Part shown: positions 33,344 through 45,400 of the stretch, one piece after another
Numbering within the stretch: the first letter of the stretch is position 1
Layout of the letters: each line of letters begins with the position of its first letter
From: Bugula neritina
Taxonomy: Eukaryota; Animalia; Bryozoa
Assembly: GCA_964035545.1 (NCBI GenBank)
Contig: OZ037770.1
Coordinates: 4,930,662-4,994,661 of the forward strand
Direction of reading: 5' to 3'
DNA length: 64,000 nucleotides
Notes under the pieces: generated by a model
Seen by the model: only the letters and a program-made list of their open reading frames with translations
What the model was told of the DNA's origin: nothing
The model's database searches: none
Position numbers and translations under genes: made by a program

Positions 33344-34600
33344 ACCAAGCAACTGTGGATACTGCCGAAAACGAGCCTGCAACATACATTGGCCTAAGTG
33401 AAGGTTTGAGTATGATTTGCAAATCTTTAAAATATTCCATTTTAAGCTGAATTTTGTTTTGTTGTCTTTTAAATTCCAGATGTGTCTGCTGAGTTGCGTG
33501 CTGTTAGCTTTATCTGCATGTAGGAAAGAGGCTTTGTGGTTATTGAATCTGGTTTTGAAGGTAGTCGAACAGAGTCCTATGTATGAATGGCTGGAATTAT
33601 TGTCCTGTCTTGTTACAGTTGCTTGGTATATTACGTCTTTGTATAAGCATTTACCATTTAGTGGACAGTGGGAAGGTTGTTTGCAGTTACATTGTGTGTC
33701 ATTTAGTTTAGTAGCGGTAGTAGGGGTGTGTGCGGTTTTAAGTTTGTGATGGTTCGAGCCATCAATAATATTTTTCATGTTGGGCATGCATGAATAGCTA
33801 ATTTTTATAGTTTTCCTATTGAAAATTTTACTTAGTTGGTTGGATGGTGGAAAGCATTTGTCGATGATTTGAAGAAATTTCTTCCCTATTTTGGTTTTTA
33901 CTGTTGAACTAAAAGGTGGGTTGTACCACAATATGTTTCTGTTTCTATTTCTATTATTGTTGTTGGATTTGGGTGTCGGGTTATATTTTAATTTATAGTC
34001 ATATCCACTGTTTGATAGTGCTTCTTGGTACGGTTGTATGGTGGTTTTAAACTCTTCTTCATTGGAGGATAGTGAGCTAAGTCTTCTATTTATATTTTCT
34101 GGTATGTTTTTCAATACTGCAGGTGGGTGGTCGCTTTGTTTGTGAACGTAGAGGATAGTGTTTCCAGGTTTTGTATAGGGTTTATAGGATTGGTTAGTCA
34201 AGTTGAATATTTTAAAGATTTGCAAATCATACTCAAACCTAACCAATAGATGTAATTTATGCAACTATGAGAAGTATATAATTTTAAAACAACCGGAATT
34301 ATCTTCCCTCAACAAACGAAAAGAGCTTTCCACCACGTGTCGACATAAACGCAAATTTTTACTTGCGCACTTAACAGACGCTAGTTAAAACATTCCAGCG
34401 TAGTAATACACTAACAATACTAATTTCAAAACAAAATCACTCAAGCGTACACACAACGACCTGATGATCGTAGCTCGCACTACGTGAAACAATATTGTAG
34501 TCAATAGAATGAAGATCTAAGTTTATTTTCATATCCAAAATTGTATTAGTACCAAATATAAATACTCTATTTTTCGAAATATTGAGTTCTTTTGATTCAT
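33344..34600. mobile_element. Truncated, internally inverted Penelope-like element (RT C-terminus plus GIY-YIG endonuclease)
   Basis: Minus-strand ORF has YTKPGNTILYVHKQSDHPP, WYNPPFS, KISYSCMPNM, CNC...CPLNGKC, VIYQATV...YIGLCSTTFKTRFNNHK. The C-terminus (CKSYSNLTNRCNLCNYEK...LNKRKEL...CRH) continues on the + strand at 34203-34388. Flanked by TA repeats. Confidence 0.9.
34458..34502 (+). ncRNA. Minimal hammerhead ribozyme in the Penelope 3' UTR/pLTR
   Basis: GAC-CUGAUGA-uCGUAG(cucgca)CUACGu-GAAA-CAAUAUUG-UA^GUC; the palindromic stem III is typical of PLE hammerheads. Confidence 0.75.
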
Positions 34601-34614
34601 TTTTAATTATAGAA

Positions 34615-34687
<73 letters not shown>

Positions 34688-35686
34688 TAGAAATAGTAAA
34701 ACAAGGTAACCCCTTGATTAGTACTACAGAGTAGGGTATACAGACTACAAATCCCTGTCTGTAGCCTTGTTATCCAATGAGATATAGTGCGCATCTATAG
34801 GTATGCTGAAGGGTTGGTTCAGCATGGAACAATGACAGACCAACTGTGATTGTTTCTGTAGCAATTTTATTTTCATTGTAAGTATAATTATAAAAGAGTA
34901 TATCAACTTCCAAGCTAAGGATTGTCTTTATTTATCTTTCTACAGGCTTTCTAGTCGCTATAATTCATGTTTGGTCTCGTTAACTATCTTGTATAGCTAG
35001 TGTGTATTACTACTACTATTGAATGCTCTTGCATTGTTACACTTATTTAACTTTACCTATATGATTGTATCTAAATTTTTTTATCCCACTATATAAATGA
35101 ACGAAATAGTCTAAAAAGTCCTTCGAAATGAGTTCTTCTCATTTTCCGCAAACTGCCTCAAGTCAAATAAAAACTATCATCAATCCGTTTGAGTTATCAC
35201 TTATTCAAATTTACAAATATGTTTAATGCAAAAGAATATTAGTGAAGAATATATATTTATATATAATAAATTATGTAAGTATTTGAGAAAGTAGTCAAAA
35301 CCCCTGAAATAAATTTGTTCAACCTTTTAATGAAAAAATTCATGAAATATTGTGGTGGTTCGTGGAACTACCAGCAGCACAACATGTAGGGTCGCGTAAT
35401 TGACCCGGAACAATGGATAGCCAATTAGCGTGTTTGATAGTTAGCAGCAATTACAGTTTCCCGCTGCTAAGGCAGTCGAAGCTAGAGTGTCAAATAGATT
35501 AGATGTGTAACTTGTTTGAATATAATGTATCGTTTTTATAATGTATAATTGTGTGTAAAATATACTCGTTCACTCGACTTATCCTGGTGCAGTTCTATAG
35601 CAAATAAATAGACTCTCTGGATAGCACATCAACCCTAAATCTGAAAAACATAACAGTGGTGGCAGCGGTGGGATAGTGCATCCAAG

Positions 35687-36640
35687 ATGGAGACTGAAAA
35701 TGCTGGAACTTAACCACCGGCAATAGAAGGTGAGCGTAGAGACAATGCTGTAGAGACAATGCCTGTTAACCATGTAGTAGAAGAGCGAAGGGTTCCGCGA
35801 GAACTAACTGAAGACCGCTACCGGTTAAAGGCGCCCACCTTCACGGGTGAAGAGGAGGTGGAACAGTTTATCCAAGAGTTTAGCGACGTAATGGACGTCG
35901 CCCAGTGGCCCCCTAGGGTGGCCTTGCTGAAGCTTAGAATGGCATTGATGGACAAAGCCAAGCCTTATGGGCTGGGCGTAGACATTGATAATATCTTTGC
36001 TTCTCTGCGGGCCCGCTTCGGCCTCTCTGCTACAGATGCCAGGGCCCGATTGCAGAGGTTGCGGCGTGATCCCCGCACCCCGCTGCGGGAGCACGCCGCC
36101 GCGGTCATGAAGCTGGCACAGATCGCGTACAGCAGCTTGCCCCCAGTCAACCGCGAGAGGTATACCCTCGACGCTTTCATAGCATCTGTCGACGATCTGG
36201 GTCTCCACCATCAGTTTCTAGCTAGGGGAGTCACTACCGTTGAAGATGCTCTGACTGAGGGGGAAGCTTACCTCCTAGCTAACCAAATGCATAAAAGTCG
36301 CGGAAGCTCCCGTCAAGTGGAGATAGACCGCGCAGACACGGCCGCGGGACAAGGGGAGGAAACCCCCGCCGCGGCTGCCGTGTCCCAGTTGGCGACGGCA
36401 TCGAAAGTCACTCAACTGACAGACATGCTAGCCAAGCTGATAGCAACTCTGACACCACGAACCCCAGTGAGTACCGCCCCTGAGCCCATGCGGCCACCGG
36501 CGCCGCCACAGGGAGAAACAGTCAGTTTTTGCTGGGAGTGCGGAAATCAAGGGCATTTCCGCCGATACTGTCCCTTCCTAAATCAGGGGTTAAACTACCG
36601 CGGCCCGCAGATGTTCCCACCTCCTGCGGGCCGACGATGA
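35687..36640 (+). pseudogene. gag: Gag of element C (early nonsense codon; CCHC knuckle CWECGNQGHFRRYC)
   Basis: ATG at 35687 is homologous to element B METENA; in-frame TAA at 35711; ORF 35759-36640. Confidence 0.85.
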
Positions 36641-39600
36641 AACCCCCAGGGAAGAAGAAACGCAGGTCACCCAGACAAATACCGCGTACTGGCGACCAAC
36701 AGTGGCAACAGCCACGACGGACCAGCAAGGGGCTTCGCCCCGTGGCTGCCTTTTCTATGCCTCTTCACAACAGATTCACAGGGCTACAAGTCCAAGAATC
36801 TGGATGGGAGCCCACAAAGGTAGCCGGGAATCTAGCCTCGGCACCCCCGAGGCCTACCTACCACCGCCCCAAGAGACTTCCTTCGCGACCCAAAGCGAGG
36901 GAGGTACTCCCTGCGAGAGTAAGGCCTGAAGAGAGAGTTCAGGTGCAGCCCCATGGGAACAGCTATTTCTTGCCCGGTAAACTGGAAGGCAAAGCTGTTA
37001 CGTTCCTCATTGATTCGGGCTGTACCACAAACCTCTTAAGCCGCCAACTCTTCGACACCCTCAGTGCTAGGGTCAGGGGCGAGATGGAATCATACGAAGG
37101 GGAATACGGCACCCTAGCTGACGGGTCGTGCCTTCCCTTCTATGGTATAATTGAGCTCACGGGACGAGTCCGTGATCAAACGATCCAAGAGACATTCATC
37201 GTCAGTCAGCTCAAGGAGGATGCTATCCTCGGGATGCCGTTCCTAAAAAGGCACGGATGTCACATAGATTTTAGCAGATCTGCCATGATGATGTCCGGCG
37301 GGAACTCGCCTGCGTCGACAAGTTCGGCCGCCCTCTAGTGGGAGGTGTGCAAGTGGTACGCAACCGTATCATACCAGGCCGCTCCCGGGCTACCATTCAC
37401 TGCAGGGTGAATAATAGCCGGATCTCTGGACTCGGGGTAGTTGAAGGCGCGCACGAAAAGATCCAACTTGCCAGCAGTCTGAATCAGCTGACTGAGCAAG
37501 GGGAGATCTTAGTGCAGTGCGTCAACCCCTTTACCGAGCCTATCAAGCTCCCGGCTGGGTCGATGCTGGGCCGTTTTCACTCTGTTCAGGAGGAAGACGT
37601 AGGCCCGTCGCTGGGTGATGCGACAGAGGCACTCCCTCAGTGCCCTACTCAAGGGCAAGGGGCAGTCCCCGCACATCTCCGGGAGTTGTATGACACAGCC
37701 TGTAGCGGCTGCGCGGGACGGTTTGTGGAAGTGGAAGGTGCTGCCTTTCGGGTTGACCTCCGCCCCAGCCACCTTCCAGAGGCTGATGGAGCAAGTCCTC
37801 AGCGGGCTCCATTGGAAGACACTGCTGATCTACGTCGATGATGTCATCGTGATCTCCCCAGATTTCGAGACACATGTCAGTCGTCTGCAGGATGTCTTTG
37901 AGAGACTCCGAGGTGCCGGTCTTAAGCTCAAGCCTTCTAAGTGCGCTCTATTGCAGCCAGAGGTTAAGTACCTGGGGCACGTTGTCGGTCGAAACGGCGT
38001 GGCAACGGATCCCGAGAAGGTACGGGCAGTAGAAGACTGGGTCACCCCCCAAGACTTGACCGGACTCCGGGCTTTCTTGGGGCTGGTAGGGTATTACAGG
38101 CAATACATACCAGACTTTGCGGGCATAGCACAGCCGTTAAACCGGCTCACCGCAAAGGGAGTGACGTGGCAGTGGACCCCAGTCGAACAAGAAGCGTTCG
38201 ACCGCCTCAAGGGCTGCCTACTAACGGCGCCCATCTTGGCCTACCCAGACCCCACTCTGGAGTACATCCTCGACACGGACGCCAGTGACCAAAATGTTGG
38301 CGCTGTGCTGTCACAAGTGCAGGAAGGCCGAGAAGTAGTAGTAGCCTACTACAGCAAGTCTCTCTCACCCACTGAAATTACTGCACTACCCGCAAGGAGC
38401 TGCTGGCAGTAATAAAGTCAGTGAAGCACTTCAGACCATACCTATACGGCAGGAAGTTCCGGCTGCGTACGGATCATGCCTCGCTGATCTGGTTGTGCAA
38501 GAGAGCAGAGCCCTCTAGTCAGGTCGCCCGGTGGCTCGAAATCCTAGCTGAATTCTCATACCGGATCGAACATCGACCGGGCAAGAGACACAGCAATGCG
38601 GATGGGTTGAGTCGCCGACCTGACGGAGGTTGCAAACAGTGTCTCAACATCGAGAGGAGGGATGGAGGTCCCCCGCGATGCGAGTTGGAGACGCTGGCTC
38701 ATCACGGAGCACCGTTTGACTGGGACCAAGGTCAACTCAGGCAAAGAGTTGATGAGTCACCGGAGGATGTACAAAACCTCCGCGCCAACCCTGTACTGGC
38801 CGGTAATGTTCGAGAGCTGAAGAAGCTCCAAGAAGAGCTGCCTGGAGTCGTGGCAGACATATACCGGGCCAAAAGGGAAGGGCGACGACCCAGCGAGGAA
38901 CGCATACGACAGGGATGCGCCGAGTTCCGGCTATACTGTCAGCGTTGGGACTCGCTGCGGATCGGGCAGGATGGGTTACTAACCATCTCTCTAGCTGCCA
39001 GCGACAGACACCCGGAAAGGAAGAGGGTAGTCTGCCCCACGGCCATCCGCCGTGAGTTGATTTGGGATACTCACAAACAGGCCCACGCAGGGGTCAAGAG
39101 AGTGATGTCCAAATTACGACTCCGGTGGTATTGGCCACAAATGGAGCGTGACGTCCGGCTCAGAGTCAAACAGTGTGAGATCTGCCAGGCCAGTAAGCAT
39201 AGCCGCCCCCCTGGTGAAGCAGGACGGCGGAGGCTATATGCTGGTAGGCCCTGGCAAGTAGTCGCTGTAGACCTGGTTGGACCCATGCCCCTGACCCCCA
39301 GAGGCAATAATTGGATCCTAGTACTAACCGACCACTTTACTAGGTGGGCGGATGCTCTGGCTATCCCAGATGCGTCAGCCCCAACAGTGGCCAGGGCACT
39401 AGACCAACATGTATTCTGTTATTTTGGGCTCCCCGAACAGATACACTCTGATCAAGGCGCTCAATTCCAGTCCCAACTGATGAGCGACCTTTGTCACCTC
39501 TGGGGAGTAAATCAGAGCAGGACCACCCCCTACCACCCTCAAGGTAACGGGGTGGTGGAGCGCAACAACCGGATGCTAGGTGATGCACTCCGGAGTCTCC

Positions 39601-40686
39601 TCCTTGGACGAGGTCAAGAGGAATGGGATACGGTGTTGCCGCAAGTCATGCGTGCATACCGTAGCACCCCACACACCAGTACTGGTGAGACCCCAAACCT
39701 CTTGATGCTCGGGAGAGAGACTCGTGTCCCTGACCATCTCACCTATCACGTTCCAGAGCAAGACAACTCGGTTCACGAGTATGCCAGTGAACTAGTGGAA
39801 CGGATGAAGGCCGCACACGATATACTGCGCCAACAGCAGTGGAAGGTGCGGCACGATGATTCCGATGAACCACTTCTCTATCAAATGGGAGATAAGGTGT
39901 GGATGGTCAATTACCGTAGGCGTCGTGGACAGGCTGATAAACTGAAGCCTGAGTTCGTAGGCCCTTACGTGGTCGTCGAGGCTATGCCCAATCATACGTA
40001 CAAGATTGAGCGCTCAGGACAGGTGTCTATCCAGAATGAGTCTCGCTTGAAACCGTATTGGGCTAGCCCCGACGGAGTGGGAGAAGCCCCCCCCGTTGTT
40101 AGAGCCCAGGAGGCAGACAACAACGCGCGGGCGACGGCGGCATGGACCTGAATACGAAGTGGTCATACCGCGGGAAGAGAACTTGGTGAGAGAGGAGCGG
40201 CAGCTTTTGTCAACAGAAGCGTGTCCGCCACCGCCAAGTCTAATTCCATCACTTCCAGAAACCGAACCGGTTCCAGAAGTGCAAACCCCCACGGAGGGAG
40301 GGGCTCCGTCCGGAGAACAAGAAGAGGTGACCGCTAACGGTGAAGTAGAGACGCCATTAGAGGCCCCTACTAACGAACCGGCAAGCGTGTCACCCCCCCT
40401 AGAAAGGGGACAGCGTACGAGGCAACCCCCCGCATACTTGAAGGACTTCATATGCGACTGCGTTAAAAGCGGCGTGTATGAAAGTCTAGGGGAAAACCGT
40501 ACAAGAAAAGTATCAAGCAAATGTGGGAGTTGTCAACACCACGGAAATATCAACTTTTGTATCGGCGGAAATAGAAACAAAATTCATCCGCCGGGTGCAC
40601 AAAGTCTTAATCACGCACCCCAACCACGTTGCTCGATCTTTTCATACGCTGATGCAGTCAAGAGTAGACGTGTTTCTAAGCAGTAG
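36589..40686 (+). pseudogene. pol: Fragmented pol of element C
   Basis: ORFs 36529-37338 (LIDSG), 37338-37841, 37615-38412 (YVDD), 38421-40151 (IN) and 40096-40686; near-identical to B pol from RT onward. Confidence 0.92.
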
Positions 40687-40966
40687 TTCAAACCATTTCA
40701 CAAATTCAGTATGTCTTACAACAACAGATCGTGGGGTGAGTTAACTATATCCTAATACGAAACTAGATTGCATCGCTCAGCTCTGACTCACTGAGTCAAT
40801 CGAGCTGGAGATAGGTTAGTGAAATACCGTAGTAAGAACTCAGTTTGACTTAGAGATTTTTATAATCTCATTGCAATACGTGTTCTATCTGACTATTCAC
40901 TACCATAAATCTCTACGAGGTAACTGAATTAGGAGTTGCCAAGCTATTCAAGCTGACAACACGGCA

Positions 40967-41782
40967 GTGTACTGTATTAACACTGTTGAAACTTTTTCAG
41001 ATTACACTCGACCCGCTACAACCAGGGTACGGGATAGAACACTTCCCGCTCCGCATCCGGAGGAGTATGCTAGTGGTGACCGGCCTGAGCCACTACGCCG
41101 CCGTTGGCGGTGGGTGTCTCCACAAACAGAGGAAGAAATAGAAACGGCCTGGGGGTCCAGAGGACGGACGAGATGCCAGATCTGTGGTGAAGAATGCGCC
41201 TCTCACCGCTCCCTTAAACTACACGTCAATGCTCATCTCCTACTAACATTCTGCCCCTGCGGGTACAATGATGTGTATCCCTACCCCGTCACCAGACACC
41301 GAGCGACGGGCTGTTTCCCTGGAGAAAACTACGTGGTCGACGCTAAGCTATACCCGGAGTTCCTCACACTTATACGACCTCTGGTGAAGAAGGCCATGCT
41401 GTTAGCTGTTCTGTCCTCGGGGTTCCAACGTGTGTTAGACAACGCCCGCCAACAATCCCCGTTGGTGTCTGACCGCCCTCAAATTACATACACCCCCGAG
41501 GAGATTACATATCCAGAAGAAGGGGAGATCTCCCCTACCCCGACGAAGAGACGAACCAGGTCCCCCAGCCCCCCCTTGCGCCGCAGACGGACACCGTCCC
41601 CAGACCCAGTCCGCCTAGCCACAGTAGAAAAACGCCTCCTACGATTACAAGAAGAATTCACCCAGCTGGCACCAGATCTACTTAATACTACCACAGGACT
41701 CTTCCAGCTAAAGGGATCCGTATGCCGTATGAAACGGAAACTGCGTACCTGCCAAGCCAAGCACCGGCGTGCCCAACAATGA
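40967..41782 (+). CDS. ORF3 of element C (zinc-finger, RS-P-rich, coiled coil), intact
   Basis: Near-identical to 8875-9696; acceptor actttttcag| at 41000. Confidence 0.75.
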   Translation: MYCINTVETFSDYTRPATTRVRDRTLPAPHPEEYASGDRPEPLRRRWRWVSPQTEEEIETAWGSRGRTRCQICGEECASHRSLKLHVNAHLLLTFCPCGYNDVYPYPVTRHRATGCFPGENYVVDAKLYPEFLTLIRPLVKKAMLLAVLSSGFQRVLDNARQQSPLVSDRPQITYTPEEITYPEEGEISPTPTKRRTRSPSPPLRRRRTPSPDPVRLATVEKRLLRLQEEFTQLAPDLLNTTTGLFQLKGSVCRMKRKLRTCQAKHRRAQQ

Positions 41783-42499
41783 CTCTGGTTCTGCTGCCGG
41801 AATAATCTGCAATTTCATCCTCTTGGGGGAACCCAGGACCTCGTGCAAATGCTTGACTGCTTGACAGGTTATTCCTTGTCTAATACCACAGCTAGCCGGT
41901 ATTCCTCGTCTATAGCTGGTCAATTGTAGGTAACAGATTGTTATAATGACTCTGCCTATTATTATGTCTCTTCCTGTATATTATGTATTATTTTTGTCCA
42001 CTGATGTATGTAGTTACTAATGAATGTTTTTTTTATATATATATCAGAAAGAGGGCTTTCTGCTGGTGGGGGCGGTGTGGTGGTTCGTGGAACTACCAGC
42101 AGCACAACATGTAGGGTCGCGTAATTGACCCGGAACAATGGATAGCCACTTAGCGTGTTTGATAGTTAGCAGCAATTACAGTTTCTCGCTGCTAAGGCAG
42201 TCGAAGCTAGAGTGTCAAATAGATTAGATGTGTAACTTGTTTGAATATAATGTATCGTTTTTATAATGTATTATTGTGTGTAAAATATACTCGTTCACTC
42301 GACTTATCCTGGTGCAGTTCTATAGCAAATAAATAGACTCTCTGGATAGCACATCAACCCTAAATCTGAAAAACATAACAATATGCAGGTATATCCATAT
42401 ATTTTGTTACTTATTCATATATAATCTATGTTTTAGATAGAGCTGTTGCGCCTTAGCTGATACTTATCACCAATCAAGACAAGCTACTAATTGGTAGCC

Positions 42500-45400
42500 A
42501 TGGCAACGGCTGGTGAGTGAAGTTAAATACTATTTTATTCACTTATATATGGAGAGTAGAAATATTTAACCTCTGAAGCTATGTTGATGTTATGCCCAAA
42601 CCATTTAATATATATCTATAAAACTATTTGATTATCATTACTTCCTATAATACTGTTTTATGTCACTAATTAGCGTAATACTGTGAAAATAGAACAATAG
42701 GTAAAATTATGCTAGCAGTTGGGTTAGAGTTGTCTTATCTCAACATAATAAACACTGAGCTATAAACTATATATTGAGTGATTATTTCGAAATAATTTAT
42801 TACTATAGAATAAAATATATGTTATATAGTTATATACAGCTATGAAAACTGAAATCCACCATATCATAAATATATTCAAGGGGTAGATGGCAGGTGTTAG
42901 AATGATAGACACCACCTGCTATAAGCACTGTGTAATAATCACACTATCACTGTATGGTGTTACAGAGAATATGAGAATCTGGTTCAGACATTCGGGTCAG
43001 CCTCTTGTAAGCTGGGAGGATGTACTGAAAGGTACTACCAAGTCATATGCTACTGCTGAGGTAAAACGTGAAGTTGGGAGATATGATATCACAGCTCTGA
43101 AACTGGAGGGGACAATTTCAAGTAACATTGGAAAGATTGCTGGTAAAGCCAGGTGTCTATGTGTTTCTAACCTCAATGACAGAGCAAGTCTGGACAAGTT
43201 AGTGTCTATTACAATAGCTGTATAATTGCTAAATGAGCTCATTTGTGTTATCAATTCAATAATAACAGATAAATTTTGCAGTTACTATTAACAGATAGCT
43301 GTATTTTACTGACAATCATGCACAATTATCAAATCTTTCTTAGCTTCTTGCCTTAACCACTTTAACTATCCATTGCTAAAATGATACACTATATATAGCA
43401 ATACTTGGTAAGCATTATATCAACATGTGAATTTTTGAATGTTTGAAATAATAACAGATTTCGCAAACCTCTCAGGTAGAGTAGATAATTTACAGCCCAC
43501 CATATTCATTATGTTTAAAAGCACAAAGCTATAGATTGTGATTTGCTTGAGATTATATTGTATTAGAGTTTCTCAAAACTTGAATATAACCATGTTTTAA
43601 TCATTTGGCATCACATACTCTAATGTTATAAACCTTAGTTAACAAATAATGTAGCACCCACTTGTACTTTACTAGTATCTATTTCTCATTAAATGCTTAT
43701 TAGCTTTCTGTATTTTACCCCGAATACACCTTGTCGGAATATATTTGTTTCTTGGATATTTTACTTGATTGGATATACAAGTAGTATATACAGTATATAA
43801 CATTATCCTGATACAGTGGATTACATATATTATGTACCTTTTATTACAGTTTATGTCAGCTGACTCAGTTAGAGAAATTAGACATAGGATGGAATTTTCT
43901 CTATACAGTACCAGAAGTTGTGTCATCATTCACATCACTTAAAGAGTTGAACATGTGGAGCTGTAAATTATCTAATCTACCTGAGAGGTCTGTTAGTCAC
44001 AATACTCTTTCTGTGTCAGAAATTCAATCACTCACATCTTTACATGCTTGTCAATTATTGCTAGAGTATATAATCCTACATTGTTATGTTCGAAGGCCTT
44101 ACAATTTTTTTTTAGTAGTTTTTCACATCCTGTGAATAACCCAGTTTCAAGGTATGAGATTGTATGGTATTATGCCACAAGACCTTTTTGTAATTTATAA
44201 CAAACAGCCATCTATAGTTTACTGGCAATCATGCCAAGTTTCGAATCTTTCTTAGCTTCTTGCCTTAACCACTTTACCTATCCATTGCTGGAATGATTTT
44301 GTTTTCTGCATTTTTACCTGGCTGACTACGCTTCAGCAATATAGTCTATACAGTGTATATTATTATCACACAGTAGACTACATATCTCTTACCCTTTATG
44401 ATTATACAGTCTATGTCAGCTGACTCAGTTAGAGGAACTATACATAGGATGGAATCCTCTCTACACAGTACCAGAAGTTGTGTCATCATTCACATCACTT
44501 GAAGAGTTGGATATGTGGGACTGTGATTTATCTACTCTACCTGAGAGGTCTGTTAGTCACAATACTCTTTCCGTTTCAGAAAGTCAATCACTCACATCTT
44601 CACATGCTTGTCAATTATTGCTAGAGTATATTATCCTACATTGTTATGTTCGAAGGCCTTACAATATTTTTCTAAGTTTTCTAAAGCATAAAGCTATAGA
44701 TTGTAATTTGTTTGAGATTATATTGTATTAGAGTTTCTCAAAACTTGAAAATAAACTTGTTTTAATCTTTTGGCATTACATACTCTAATGGTATAAACCT
44801 TCCTTAACAAATAATATAGGACCCACTTGTACTTTACTAGTATCTATTTCCCATTAAATGCTTATTAGCTTTTTGTATTTTACCCTCAATGTGCCTTGTG
44901 GGAATGAATTGGTTTCTTAGATATTTTACCTGATTGGATATACAAGTAGTATATACAGTATATAATATATTATCCTGATAGAGTGGATTACATATATTAT
45001 GTACTTTTTATTACAGTTTATGTCAGCTGACTCAGTTAAAGAAGCTGAACATAGCAAATAATCCTCTCAACACAGTACCAGAAGTTGTGTCATCACTCAC
45101 ATCACTTAAGGAGTTGAATATGTTGGACTGTAAATTATTTGCTCTACCTGAGAGGTTTGTGGAGTCTTTTTTTTATTTCAAACATTCAATAATTCACATT
45201 TTGATATAATGCTTACCAAGTATTGCTAAATAGTGTACCATTATGTACCGTTAAAAAGCACAAAGCTGTAGATTGTAATTTGCTTGAGATTATATTATAT
45301 TAAATTTTCTCGAAACTTGAAAATAACCATGTTTTAATCATTTGGTATTACACACTCTAATGGTATAAACCTTCTTTAACAAATAATGTAGCACCCACTT

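Larger units (their letters stand above)
35351..42380 (+). mobile_element. Ty3/gypsy LTR retrotransposon C, related to B but defective
   Basis: 305-bp LTRs at 35351-35655 and 42076-42380 (~3 mismatches), TSD ATAT, tRNA-Leu PBS. Defects: TAA at gag codon 9 (35711), ~470-bp deletion of the RT N-terminus at ~37715, frameshifts near 37295, 38375 and 40090. Confidence 0.95.
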
